From: Chiloscyllium plagiosum | Lineage: Eukaryota | Assembly (NCBI RefSeq): GCF_004010195.1 | Contig: NC_057751.1 | Coordinates: 10,057,457-10,121,456, forward strand | Reading direction: 5' to 3' | Length of the DNA: 64,000 bases | Part shown: piece by piece, positions 25,712 through 39,099 of the stretch | How positions within the stretch are numbered: the stretch's first letter is position 1 | Layout of the letters: each line of letters opens with the position of its first letter | Position numbers and translations under genes: made by a program | Notes under the pieces: model-generated | Told to the model about the DNA's origin: nothing | Database searches by the model: none | What the model saw: only the letters and a program-made list of their open reading frames with translations

Positions 25712-26982
25712 AATGAGGTCGGAGCAGAGGGTGGAGCGGCTAGGTGGGAAGGAAGATGGACAGGGAGGACAGTTCAAGAGGGTGATGTCAAGTTGGACGT
25801 GGGATAAGGTGGGAGGAGGGGAGAAGAGTGAACTTGTGAAATCGACATTGATCCCATGTGGTTGGAGTGTCCAAAGGCAGAAAATGAGGCATTCTTCCTC
25901 CGGGTGTTGCGTGGCTAGAATTTGCCGGTGGAGGAGGCCGAGGACTTGCATGTCCTTGGTGGAGTGGGAGGGGGAGTTGAAGTGTTCAGCCACAGGGCAG
26001 TGGGGTTGTTTCATGCGTGTATCCCAGAGATGTTCTCTGAAACATTCCGCAGGTTGCTGTCCTGTCTCCCTGGAGACCACATCGAGAGCAATTGACTCAA
26101 TAGATGACGTGTGCAGGAAAATCTCTGTTGGATGTGGAAAGATCCTTTGGGTCCTTGGTTGGAGGTGAGGGGGGAGGTGTGGGTGCAGGTTTTACACCTC
26201 TTGCAGTGGCAAGGGAAGGTGTCGGGGTTGGTGGGAGGCATGTACCTAACAAGAGAGTCATGGAGGGAATAGTCTCCATGGAACGCAGATAAGGGTGGGG
26301 AGGGAAATATATCTCTGGTGGTTGGTTCTGTTTGTAGGTGGCGGAAATGTCCGAAGACGATGTATTATGAATTTGGAGGTTGGTCGGGTGGAAGGTGAGA
26401 ACCAGAGGGGTTCTGTCCTTGTTGCATATGGAGGGATTCGGTTCAAATGCGGAGGTGCAGGACTAAACATGCACTAAACAACCCCACTGACCTGTGGTCG
26501 AACACTTCAACTCCACTTCTGTCAAGGACATGCAAGTTCTGGGCCTATTCCATCGTCAAATTTTAGCCGCCCGACGTCTGGAGGAAGAACGCCTCGTCTT
26601 CGGTCTTGGGACTCTCCAGCCACATGTCGATTTCACCAGTTTCGTCATCTTCCCTCCCCAACCTGATCTCAGATCCAACCTTTTAACTTGGCACTGCCCT
26701 CTTGAACTGTCCTACCTATCTTCCTTCCCACCTAACCAGTCCACCCTCCACCCTCCCTATCACCTTCAACCCCACCTTCATCTGTCTATTGCATTCCCAG
26801 CTACCTCCCCCACCCCCCTTCCCATTTATCTCTCAGCCCTCCTAGGCCTCCCCACATTTGTGATGAAGAGCCTATGCTCAAAACGTCCACTCTCCTGCAC
26901 CTTGGATGCTGCCTGAGAGGATTTGCTTTTCCAGCACCACATTTTTTGACTCTGATCTCCAACATCTGCACACTTTCTCCTA
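25712..26982. mobile_element. Penelope-like element, inverted arrangement (minus 25712-26461, plus 26462-26982)
   Basis: GIY-YIG tail PVAEHFNSPSHSTKDMQVLGLLH..EEERLVFGLGTLQP on both strands; degenerate hammerhead at 26860-26887. Confidence 0.9.
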
Positions 26983-29119
26983 GGTGATTATTACATTTAT
27001 TTCGCCCTTTTAATAATACACAATATCCCAAGCTACTTCACACAAGTGAACTTCAAATTAGATAGGATGTCAGATCACAAAAGGTGACATCAGAATGGTG
27101 ACCAAAAGCTTTGTCAGAAAGTTAGATTTTAAGGTGCATTCTTAAAGAGGAGTGACAGGTTGAGACAAGTGAAATGCAGTAAGAGAATTCCAGGGATGAG
27201 GTAGCCACAGACATGGCAGCTAATCATACAATGACGAAAAGGAATGCTGAAGAGAACAGGAGGAGTGCATATTTGGGTCATTAATTTCTGTTATTTCAAG
27301 AAATATCAAGAATATCAAGAAATATATTTTTAACTTCTTTGGTTTTACAGAAGATAAGTAATCAAACGCAGTATGAAGTGCGTTTTTACTTGGCACCACC
27401 AAGCAATCCACCCGCAGCAGCAGAGACTTAGCTGCAGAGGCAAGCCTGAGTTTGTTAAACTCCGAGAGAAGATTGATGCGTCCATCGAGGACACCCGGTC
27501 CAGGTGGGAGTTGATCTCAGTCATACTGCAGAAGCATGACCGAGTGATTGAGAAACTTGGGCAGCGTGTCGGAGGGGCGGAGCAACGGGCCGCGGCCTCG
27601 GAGACTGCTGCTGAGTCATCCATGGGTCAGGTCCGGGCTCTGGACCAGCGAGTCCGGACCCTGGAGGAACATAACGACAATCTTGAACGGGAGGAGGAAG
27701 GCCAGCTTGTGGATTTCCTGGAGCAATGCCTCCCACAGCTGCTGAAAGTGGAGTCAGAGCTGGGGTGGATGTGGGTCGGACCGGTGCCCCCGCTCGGTCC
27801 TAGTCTGACCTCAAAACTACAGGGAAAAACAATTGCTGCTGGAGGCCTCCAGAGTCTTAGGGAAGGATACCCATGCCATGATGTATAAGGGCTCCAAGAT
27901 AATGTTGTTTCAGAACTCTTCTCCGGTTGTGGTCCGCAAGAGGAGGGCATTTGAAGAGACAAAGAAGCGTCTGAGAGACTTAAATATTCAATATTACATG
28001 CGATATCTGGCAACGCTGTGCTTCAGTCATAGAGGACTTGTATATAACTTTGGGTCACCGGAAAAAGTAAAAGAATTCCTGGATACTCTCAAATAGACTG
28101 TGGGACTTGAACTGTATGGACAACGACTTTATTTTGCTACCCCCCTTTGTCTTTCCTTCTTCCTCTCTCCCCTTTTCTTTTCTTCATCATTCTTGGTGGG
28201 GGGGGGTGGGATGGTGGGGGTTGGTTCCTTATTCTTTCTTTGGTATCTTATCTATAGCTTGCGCAGCTTCTTTGATTATTGGGGGATCTCTGTGGGTTTT
28301 TTTTTATTTAGCTGCTTAATACTTGGTTGGATTGTAATTTTGTAATCTTAACATAGAACAAAGAATATTACAGCTCAGTACAGACCCTTCGGCCCTCGAT
28401 GTTGCGCTGACCAGTCATACCAATCTGAAGCCCATCTAACCTACACTAATCCATGTACATCCATATGTTTGTCCAATGCACTTAAAGTTGGCGAATCTAC
28501 TACCATTGCAGGCAAAACGTTCCATACCCTTACTACTCTCTGAGTAAAGAAACTACCTCTGACATCTGTCCTATATCTATCACCCCTCAATTTAAAGCTA
28601 TGTCCCCTCGTGCTTGCCGTCCCCGTACTTGGAAAAAGGCTCTCCCTGTCCACCCTATCTAACCCTTTGATTATCCTGTATGTCTCTATTAAGTCACCTC
28701 TCAACCTTCTTCTCTCCAACAAAAACAGCCTCAAGTTCCTCAGCCTTTCCTCGTAAGACCTCCCCTCCATACCAGGCAACATCCTAGTAAATCTCCTCTG
28801 CACCCTTTCCAAAGCTTCCACATCCTTCTTATAATGTGATGACCAGAATTGTACTCAATACTCCAAGTGCGCCGCACCAGAGCTTTGTACAGCTGTAGCA
28901 TAACCTCATGGTTCTGGAACTTGATCCCTCTATTAATAAAAGCTAAAACACTGTCTGCCTTCTTCACAACCCTGTCAACCTGGGTGGCAACTTTCTGTGT
29001 ACATGGACACCAAGATCTCTCTGCTCATCTACACTACCAAGAATCTTACCATTAGCCCAGTACTTTGCATTCCGGCTACTCCGACCAAAGTGAATCACCT
29101 CACACTTGTCCGCATTAAC

Positions 29120-29650
29120 TAGACAATAGACAATAGGTGCAGGAGTAGGCCATTCTGTCCTTCGAGCCTGCACCACCATTCAATATGATCATGGCTGATC
29201 ATCCTTAATCAGTATCCTGTTCCTGCCTTATCTCCATAACCCTTGATTCCACTTCCTTGAGAGCTCTATTCAACTCTTTCTTAAATGAATCCAGAGACTG
29301 GGCCTCCACTGCCCTCTGGTGCAGAGCATTCCATACAGCCACCGCTCTCTGGGTGAAGAAGTTTCTCCTCATCTCTGTCCTAAATGGTTTACCCCGTATT
29401 TTTAAGCTGTGTCCTCTGGTTCGGCACTCACCCATCAGCAGAAACACGTTTCCTGCCTCCAGAGTGTCCAATCCTTTAATAATCTTACATGTCTCAATCA
29501 TATTCCCTCTGAGTCTTCTAAACTCAAGGGTATACAAGCTCAGTCACTCCAGTCTTTCAGCGTAAGGTAGTCCCGCCATTCCAGGAATTGACCTCGTGAA
29601 CCTAAGCTGCACTCTCTCAATAGCCAGAATGTCTTTCCTCAAATTTGGAG
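29120..29650 (-). mobile_element. Younger 5'-truncated CR1 nested inside the 28350-32068 CR1
   Basis: SPNLRKDILAIERVQ..EFRRLRGNMIET..RRNFFTQR; (ctattgt)n tail; host sequence resumes at actccatttgcc. Confidence 0.9.
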
Positions 29651-30845
29651 ACTCCATTTGCCACCTCTCAGCCCAGCTCTGCTGCTTATCTATGTCTCTC
29701 TGTAACCTACAACATCCTTCGTCACTATCCACAACTCCACCAACCTGAGAGTCATCTGTAAATTTATTAACCCACCCTTCTACACCCTCATCCAGGTCAT
29801 TTATACAAATGATGAACAGCAGTGGACCCAACACCGACCCTTGTGGTACACCACTAGTAACTGGATTCCAGGATGAACATTTCCCATCAACCACCACCCT
29901 CTGTCTTCTTTCAGCAAGCCAATTCTGATCCAAACTGCTATATCGCCCACAATCCCATTCCTCCGCATTTTGTACAATAGCCTACTGTGGGGAACCTTAT
30001 CGAACACTTTGCTGAAATCCATTTACCCCACATCAACCGGTTTACTCTCATCTACCTGTTTGGTCACCTTCTCAAAGAACTCAATAAGGTTTGTGAGGCA
30101 CGACCTACCCTTCACAAAACCATGCTGACTATCCCTAATCAAATTATTCTTTTCTAGATAATTATAAATCCTATCTCTTATAACCTTTTCCAACACTTTA
30201 CCAACAACTGAAGTAAGGCTCATTGGTCTATAATTACCAGGGTTGTCTCTACTCCTCTTCTTGAACAGGGGAATCACATTTGCTATCCTCCAGTCTTCTG
30301 GCACTATTCCTGTAGACAATGACGATTTAAATATCAATGTCAAAGGCTCAGCAATCTTCTCCCTGGCTTCCCAGAGGATCCTAGGATAAAGGATCCGGCC
30401 CAGGGGACTTATCTATTTTCACACTCTGCAGGATTTCTCATACCTCTTCCTTGTGAACCTCAATCCCACGTAGTGGCCTATATCTCAGTATTCTCTCGAC
30501 AACATTGTCGTTTTCTAGAGTGAATACTGTCGAAAAATATTCATTTAGTGCTTCCCCTATCTCCTCTGACTCCACACACAACTTCCCACTACTATCCTTG
30601 ATTGGCCCTAATCTTACTCTTGTCATTCTTTTATTCCTTAAATACCTAAAAAAAGCCTTAGGTTTTACCCTGATCCTATCCGCCAACAACTTCTCATGTC
30701 TCCTCCTGGCTCTTCTGAGCTCTCTCTTTAGCTCTTTCCTAGCTATCCTGTCACCCTAAAGCGCCATAACTGAGCCTTCACATCTCATCCTAACATAAGC
30801 CGCCGCCTTCCTCTTGACCAGAGATTCCACTTCCTTCGTAAACCA

Positions 30846-31605
30846 NNNNNNNNNNNNNNNNNNNNNNNNNNNNNNNNNNNNNNNNNNNNNNNNNNNNNNN
30901 NNNNNNNNNNNNNNNNNNNNNNNNNNNNNNNNNNNNNNNNNNNNNNNNNNNNNNNNNNNNNNNNNNNNNNNNNNNNNNNNNNNNNNNNNNNNNNNNNNNN
31001 NNNNNNNNNNNNNNNNNNNNNNNNNNNNNNNNNNNNNNNNNNNNNNNNNNNNNNNNNNNNNNNNNNNNNNNNNNNNNNNNNNNNNNNNNNNNNNNNNNNN
31101 NNNNNNNNNNNNNNNNNNNNNNNNNNNNNNNNNNNNNNNNNNNNNNNNNNNNNNNNNNNNNNNNNNNNNNNNNNNNNNNNNNNNNNNNNNNNNNNNNNNN
31201 NNNNNNNNNNNNNNNNNNNNNNNNNNNNNNNNNNNNNNNNNNNNNNNNNNNNNNNNNNNNNNNNNNNNNNNNNNNNNNNNNNNNNNNNNNNNNNNNNNNN
31301 NNNNNNNNNNNNNNNNNNNNNNNNNNNNNNNNNNNNNNNNNNNNNNNNNNNNNNNNNNNNNNNNNNNNNNNNNNNNNNNNNNNNNNNNNNNNNNNNNNNN
31401 NNNNNNNNNNNNNNNNNNNNNNNNNNNNNNNNNNNNNNNNNNNNNNNNNNNNNNNNNNNNNNNNNNNNNNNNNNNNNNNNNNNNNNNNNNNNNNNNNNNN
31501 NNNNNNNNNNNNNNNNNNNNNNNNNNNNNNNNNNNNNNNNNNNNNNNNNNNNNNNNNNNNNNNNNNNNNNNNNNNNNNNNNNNNNNNNNNNNNNNNNNNN
31601 NNNNN
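30846..31605. other. Assembly gap (760 N)
   Basis: N run inside a CR1; the X-filled ORFs spanning it are artefacts. Confidence 1.
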
Positions 31606-34600
31606 AATTTTGGTTCCCATCCCCCTGCTGGATTAGTTTAAACCCACCCAATAGTCTTCGCGAATTCCCCCCCCCAGGATATTGGTACCCCTCTGGTTCA
31701 GATGAAGACCATTCTGCTTGTAGAGTCCCACCAACCCCAGAAAGAGCCCCAATTATCCAAGAATCCAAAACCCTCCCTCCTGCACCATCCCTGTAGCCAC
31801 GTGTTCAACTCCTCTCTCTCCCTATTCCCTGCCTCACTAGCACGTGGCACAGGCAACAAACCAGAGACAACAACTCTGTTTGTCCTAGCACTAAGCTTTC
31901 ATCCCAGCTCCCTGAATTTCTGTCTTAAATCCCCATCTCTCTTCCGACCTCTGTCGTTGGTGCCTATGTGGACCACGACTTGGGGCTGCTCCCCCTCCCC
32001 CTTTCGGATCTCAAAAACACAGTTAGAGACATCACAAACCCTGGCACCTGGGAGGCAACACACCAAATATATGTTTTTATCTTGTGTTGTTTTGTTAAGT
32101 GTGTCTAGGTGGTAGTGTCGGGTGGGGGTGGGTGGGTCACCCACTTTTAACTTCTGTTTTATAAGATCCTGGAATTTATTTACTCTGTTTTGTAATGCCC
32201 AGGCCAAGGGTAGGGCTCCAGCTGGGAGAGGTTATGACGGGGTTATTAGAAGATAGTAGTGCCCGTGTGAGCAAGGGGGAAAGTCTGCCTTTAAATATGC
32301 TTTATATAATTTTTATTTAGGAGTAGTTCTTAGTTGTTTTTATTTAACTGTTTTAAAGAGTTTTTTTATATGTGAATTGTTTTTGGTCTGTATTCAATAT
32401 CTCTTGAGTGGGGTTCTTCCTCTTGGGAGGTCTCGGGCTTACCTGGACGATCATGGCTTGCCATTCGTTTACGTGGTGCACCTGGAATGTCAAGGGAAGC
32501 TACTCACTAATCAAAAGGAAAAATATATTATCAAGTCTTAAAAAAGAAAGGGTTGATGTAGCTCTTTTACAGAAAACATATCTACTTGATAAGGAGCACT
32601 CGAAGCTGCAACAGGGTGAGTTTGGCCAGATGTTCTTTTCATCTTTCAGCTCAAAAAGTAGGGGAGTAGCCATTCCTATTCAGAAGAATCTTCCCTTCCA
32701 AATACTAAGCCAGATAAAAGATGAGTCTGAATGGCACACCCTTTTAAATTTGTAATGCAAGCGTTCTTTAAGTTGATGGCTCTCGGGGTCCGCCATACAA
32801 TTATAGGGGGAGATTTTAATTGTATCGTTGACCCAGAGACAGACAGGATACCTAGGAGCTCTGCGAGCATATTTTTGAGATCTAGGCAGCTGGCAGATCT
32901 GAATAGGGAGTTGGGACTGGTAGATGTGTGGAGGTGTCTCCATCCTGAAGGTAGAGGCTTTACTTTCTATTCTAACCCACACAAGTTCCATACCAGATTG
33001 ACATGTTTTTGTCCCCCCGACCCTTTTGAATTTGATGTTGTCTTGTAAAATAGGTAAGAAAGCTATTTCTGACCATGCCGCAGTATATATGGAGGTTAAG
33101 ACAAGTGATGATGGGATAGGTCCTCGACATTGGCACATGGACCCTTTTTTATTGAAGGATAGAAAATTCATAAAATATTTTTCACAAGAATTTAAAACCT
33201 TCTGGGATATCAACTCAGACACGGCCAGTAACCCCTCGATGATGTGGGAGACTGCAAAGGCATACGTGAGAGGCTTGGTCATCTCATATTCTGTGACCCG
33301 AAAAGACAAAAAGGAGAGCAACAGTGTCTGCCCGAAGCTCGGCTAAAGGCAGCTGAGACAGCGTATGTTGATAGGCCCTCCATTAGTAAACTACAGCGGA
33401 TCACAACCCTTAGGGCAACCTTGAATACCGCACTTACTCAAACAGCAAAGAGGGAGATATTATTCACGAAGCAGAGACTATTTGAACACAGTGACAAGCC
33501 TGGCAGGTATCTAGCGTACCTTGCCATAAAGAAAAAAGGCTCCTCAAGCCATTATGTCTATTAGAGAGAGTGCTGGTACCCTGACTTGTAATCATAAAAA
33601 GATCAATGCAGCCTTGAGGAGGTACTATTTTGAATTGTATAAGTCGCAGGACTATGAGGATAGAATGAGGAAGATGGAATCTTTCTTTTAAAATCTGGCC
33701 CTCCCAGGCCTAACCTCAGAGCAGGTGTCGTTCTTGAATGCCCCCCTGACAACCCAGGAAGTACAGGAAGCGATGAGGCAGCTTCAGAGTGGCAAAGTGC
33801 CTGGACCAGATGGATTCCAGGAGAACTGGCCGGGCCACTTATAAATATGTGTAACTATTCACATAGTCAGGGCTGCCACCCGCCTTCATTCAGAGAAGCA
33901 AATATTTCTCTCATTCTTAAGAAGGGAAAGGCCCCAGAAGACTGCTCTTCATATAGACCCATATCCTTGTTAAATGTGGATTTTAAAATTCTCTCAAAAA
34001 TGTTAGCATTAAGACTGGAGAGGGTTTTACCATTCATTATAAAAGAGGACCAGAGGGGGTTGATAAAGGGTCTCAGATCAACTAATAACATTGGAAGAGT
34101 CTTAAATATGGTATGAGCTTACCAGCAGGGAGCGATACCGGGTTTACTTATCTCCCTAGATGCAGAGAAGGCATTTGATCGGGTAGAATGGCCATATCTT
34201 TTTTATACGCTGGAACGGTTCGGTGTTGGAGTGGTCTTTACTAAGTGGGTTTCAGTGTTATATAATAGTCCCAAAGCAACGGTGATCACTAACGGCTTAA
34301 GTTCGAAAAGCTTTAGCGTCGGTAGAGGCTGTCATCAAGGATGTCCTCTCTCACCATTATTGTTTACGCTAGTGATTGAACCGCTGGCAGAAGCGAATCG
34401 AACTGACTCTAACATAACTGCTCCAAAGGTTGGATCGGGCAAGCACAAAATTACTATCTATGCAGATGATATTGTCCTTTTCTTAAGTGATCCTTTGACA
34501 TCTATGCCCAGCTAAATTCATGTGGTCAATTTATTTGATATGTTCTCAGGTTACAAAATCAATTTTGTGAAATCGGAAGCCATGCCATTGGCAGGCCTTG

Positions 34601-37194
34601 ATAGTATATCCAATTTCCAAATGGATCCTGTTTTCCCTTTCGGTGGTCACTAGAAGGTTTTCTGTATTTCGGTATTTTCATTACTCCGGCATTTGGTCAG
34701 CTGTATAAAGCCAATTATACACACTTAGTAGAGAAAATAAGACAGGACCTTCAACGCTGAGAAGATCTCCTAATATCTTGGCTAGGTAGAGTAGCCTTAG
34801 TTAAGATGAATATTTTACCACGTCTTTTATACCCTATGACGATGCTGCCGAGACAGGTGCTGCGTAAGCTTTGGTTGGCTCAGCTCCTTTATTTGGAGTC
34901 ATAAATGGCCCCTTATCAAATTAGAAAAGCTGCAGCTTCCACAAGTAAGGGGAGGGCTGGACTTTCTGGATTTCAGGAGGTACCAATTGAGGTCCCTACT
35001 ATCTTATGTAGCTGATTGGGTCTCTTGTGACCCACAATCAATCTGGTTAGATATTGAGGCCTCCCAAGCAAATGTATCTCCTGTTTGGGAGATCTGTTCG
35101 ATGGGGAGGTCATGATGTCTTTGAGCAGCTGCACCAGAAGTTTGAGCTGCCCGGCAAGGACCTCTTTCGGTATTTTCAAGTAAAAGGCTTTATACAAAAG
35201 AAGACTACACTGATAATCAATCCTTACAACTCGGATAGGGAAAGGAGAGTGCTTCAACTAATGGGTCTGTCCTTGGTCAGTACTCTCTTCCACTTACTAT
35301 GCAGTAAGGTATCGAAGGACATGGAATGGAGATATAAAACCTGGAGTCAAGAATTAGGGTTGGAAATCTCCTTAGAAATGTGGGAGGAAGTCTGGGAAAA
35401 TGCCAGGAAGATCTCTATCTGTAACAGAACTCAGGCTACTCAATTGAAGATACTTCAATTGGCTCACATGGCACCAACGACTTGCAAAGTTCAAGGCGGG
35501 GGCATCTCGAATGTGTCCTAAATGCAAAATCAAAGTTGGTGTTCTCACGTATTGTCCGTGGACATGCCATAAGATCCACAGGTATTTGGACAGAGTAGCG
35601 AATGCCTTGACAAAGCCTTGACAAAGATTTTGGGTACAGAAATTTGATTGGACCAAGTGTCCCTACTCTTGGGCTCCCCAAATTTCCCTTCTTTGGACCT
35701 ATACAGGAGGAAATTATTTGCTATCCTTTCCTTTTGTGCAAGGAAAAATATTTTAGTAAATTGGGTGTCCGAAGGTCCCCCAGGACTTTCAAACTGGCAC
35801 AGAATAGTCATGGAATATTTCCCCCTTGACTTCCTTACGAATATGGTGCACCAAAAAATGGAATTATTTCATAGAACATGGCAGCCCTTTTAGAACTATA
35901 CTGACACAGATATTTCGGCCATATTGTCCAGGGCCTTTGCTTAGCTGTGGTAATGGTTCTGGCTGGTTTGGGGCCCCCAGGAGGAGGAATCCCGTATTAA
36001 TATGGGTTTTGTTATGACTTGATATAAATCTATTTTGAGTATGTATTTAGTTATTTATTTACCTATTTGTTAGTAATGTATGATATCCTATTTTATGTTT
36101 TGGTTGTTTGTAGAATAGATTAGTAGTTAGTTTTTTAAAATCTTATATTGGTGTTGCTATTATATTGTAAAGTGGAATACACTAGTTTGTGTTATTTTTG
36201 TAATTTTGTAAAAAAAACTTTAAAATCTTCTTTTTCAATAAAAATGTCTTCGCCCATGTCTCCCGAGTATAAATTTGATTGGATGAGTACTTATATCTTG
36301 AAAAGTTGTTGCAGTCTCATCCACCCTAATATCGGATGCGATATCTGGAAAGAAGAAACCATTCATCAAGTTAAGGTGTATATTAGAGAATGCAAGAGGA
36401 ATCAAGGATTCTTCAGTTCTTTTAATTGCCCTGTGCCAGTCAGCATTTGATATATGAACTTCCTCAACTCCAAAAAAAATTTATTTTCTTTTGAAGCTTG
36501 GATTTTCGTGGATTCTGGAAGTGGGTGACTTGTGTCAGTCACCATTCAGGTTAAGTTTTGTTGCTGTTTCTCGAAGTTTCATAGTTTTTCATTCTTTCCA
36601 CTAGAGGTATCACACCTGTACAAGGGAGATCCATCAGCTTTATCTGATGATCCACAGATGCAATAGCCGTATTTAACATGGCATTGTACACAGTAATATG
36701 TTATTTGCATGGGAATTGTTATCCGCCACAGCAGCTGCCACCCTCATTGAAACAAAATGACATTGAGTGTCCAGCCGCTGGGTCAGTTTGCTTTCTTGCC
36801 TCTCATGTACACACTATCTTGGAAGGATAATTGTCTTTTTTTTCACTCCTCTCATATCTTTCCTTTTCTGAAATTTTACAGATTTACTCTTTTCAGCAAA
36901 CTTCCCTCAAAATTCTGCAGCTCCTAAAATGGCTGGCAAGTGTAATGCTCAACAGGCTAAAAATAGCTGCACTGGAAATGGAAAATGTCACATTGCTGTC
37001 TTAAATCAGAAACACATGGGCTGGCAAACTCGATTACAATAAACATCAGGCTGATAATAGTGGGTGGTGAAATATGATCTTGGAGATCTTTGCCTGGAAT
37101 CATATTAATTTAAGCAACCCCTTGCCATGCAATGTCTGATTTAGATGCCAGCATCAGAATCATGGAATGAATTGGAGAAGATGGTGGAGAAAAT

Positions 37195-37863
37195 TATTAT
37201 GAGGACAGTTGGAGTTATCAGGCCCCTTTGTTTCACTCCATTCGTGACTGAAAGGGGTATGACGATGCAGTCCCTTTAACAAGGTTTTGTTGTTCTTGTT
37301 TTTTTTCAAGAGGGGTTGGAAAGTCAGTGGTGCCAAAATGGCTAACACGTGCTCAAGAACCAGAGGAGCCTTTAGGGTTTTTAAAAACAGTTGTAACATG
37401 AAGGGGGAGTGGCCACTTCTCCCAGTTCAGGTTTTTTCTTGTTTGGTTTAGTTTTGACAGGCAGTCAGAGGCTCCTGGTAGCAGAGAAGCAACAATAGTG
37501 AAAAGAGGTGCCATGCTTCAACAGAGACCGTGCCTGTACTTTCTCTCTGAAATCTCTCCTGCCTGTAAGAACCCGTGTTTGAGTTTACCATTTGCCAATG
37601 CATATTGCGGGAATTGAAACAGCTTCATGAAGTTGTGATTTCGAGTCGGTTTTTGAATAGTGAAGTTATTCTAAATTCTGTTTTCTTTTGTTCATGTTTC
37701 AACCATAGTGTGTAAATAAACTCTATTTTGTTTGATGCCCAGTGGTTTGACCAGCTGCATCACTCCTGGAATATTCACTTTACATTGTCTTTTAAAAAAT
37801 AAAAGTTATGGTTTGGGCTACATCCTTAAATTACTTTGAGGGAGTCTGGCCTGGTCTATAACA
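37195..37863 (+). mobile_element. Probable solo LTR
   Basis: ~670 bp bounded by T(A)TTATG...ATAACA (TG..CA-type inverted ends) with an internal AATAAA near 37716; no TSD seen. Confidence 0.5.
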
Positions 37864-37874
37864 GGGGTCAAAAG

Positions 37875-38130
37875 CCATTGCCTAGGATATGTCTAACCAT
37901 TCTGCCATGAAACTCTTGAACCAATGTGATGAATTTCTCAGGGTGCCTGAATTTCTCCATTCCCTTCCAAAGATTGTCATGAATGTCTATATCAAAGGTC
38001 TTGGTCACTTTAACAAATGTAGTCTGAAGGTAGAGGTTCTATTCTTGGCATTCTTCCAAGAGCTGCTGAACTATGAACACCATATTTGTGATTCTGTGAC
38101 CTTTTTCAGAAATTGCACTGATTCTTGAAT
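37875..38130 (-). mobile_element. RTE-clade LINE reverse transcriptase relic
   Basis: Manual translation TNMVFIVQQLLEECQE*NLYLQTTFVKVTKTFD..LWKGMEKFRHPEKFITLVQEFHGRM resembles the RTE motif DMVF..RQLQEKC.EQ..FVDLTKAFD..LW..KFG.PEKF. Confidence 0.7.
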
Positions 38131-39099
38131 GGCACATTTTGGTCAAGATATTGCACAATCTCTTTCTGAGGGATTCTGGGAAATATTTTGCTGGCAACAG
38201 AGAGAAGTGAGATTTCTGTTTATTTTCACAAGATTGGTGAGTTCCTTTCTCCTTCTACAGTTGGACAACTCACCAATGCTTTGTCTGAGGTAGCCTGGAC
38301 TGGGCATTAACTGCTGACATAGCCAACGATACCCATATTCTACAAATAAATAAAGGAGACGTGTTCTATGTTGCATCCAACAACTTTGGCCTTCTGATCA
38401 GTACAAAATAAAATGAAGTAACGTCTACAGCCTCCTTCAGGGATGGCTACCTTGAGCTCCAGGTTTCAATTAGTGACCAGAATGTCTTGGCAGTGGATAT
38501 TCTCACGTTTGTCAATGGCACATTCTCTCAAACTGTCTGTGTTCATGATGAGACACATTTGTGAATTGCCCAGCAAGTATTACCTTTGGCAGACTTTAAA
38601 TGTCTTTTTGGGAATAAAGGGTATAAGTCCACTGACTAAATGAAAGTCTCGAGAGCAATTGTCCTCCACCCTCTGCTCTCCAGATCCAAGACTTGAACTG
38701 TGAACAAGGATCATGCCAAGAAATTCAACCAATTTCATTTCAGTGGATTTCAGGAGCTCCTGAAGATCAGGCAGCAGCAGAGCATATCAGATGTTGAGGG
38801 GCTCACCCTGCTGTCATGCTCGCATCCACACCATACTGAGACAGTCATAACTGAGTTGGAGTTGTCATGTAAGCAGAATGTTTGACCCTTGCTCACTAAA
38901 GTAAATGCTCTCTGGAGAGCTTGAGCCAGGCACACTCTCATGACGGATGAAGGGATTGCTAGAAAGTTACTGATGTTGGATTTTGGAGTTGTGATGTTGA
39001 CCTGACTACAGTGAAAAGGGTGCCTGGGATTGCTATTCCTGGCACAACCAAATCAAAAAGTGCAATTTCCTTCAGAAGGAAATGCAGATCTCCACATTG

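Larger units (their letters stand above)
28350..32068 (-). mobile_element. CR1 LINE (ORF1 esterase end, ORF2, 3'UTR) inserted antisense in the L1 spacer
   Basis: CCLPGARV..VVVHIGTND; VPEDWRIANV..NYRPMSLTSVVGK; GVPQGSVLGPLLF; same family as 6510-9837. Confidence 0.95.
27400..36245 (+). mobile_element. Decayed near-complete L1/Tx1-like LINE, interrupted by CR1 in its inter-ORF spacer
   Basis: ORF1 coiled coil plus C-terminal KIMLFQN..KRRAF..KKRL..YYMRYLATL (27373-28096); ORF2 from ATG 32453 with TWNVKG, IIGGDFN, SDH, YRPISLLNVDFKIL, SLDAEKAFD, QGCPLSPLLF, YADD and a CPKC knuckle; T-rich 3'UTR ending caataaaaat. Confidence 0.92.

Noticed and set aside
30785..31768. Long ORFs of 275-327 aa
   Set aside because: Artefacts of the N gap
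32680..33321. 213-aa minus-strand ORF
   Set aside because: Antisense shadow of the L1 endonuclease region
36640..36660. CTGATGA as a hammerhead or C/D-box snoRNA
   Set aside because: No stem II/GAAA and no terminal stem with a D box found
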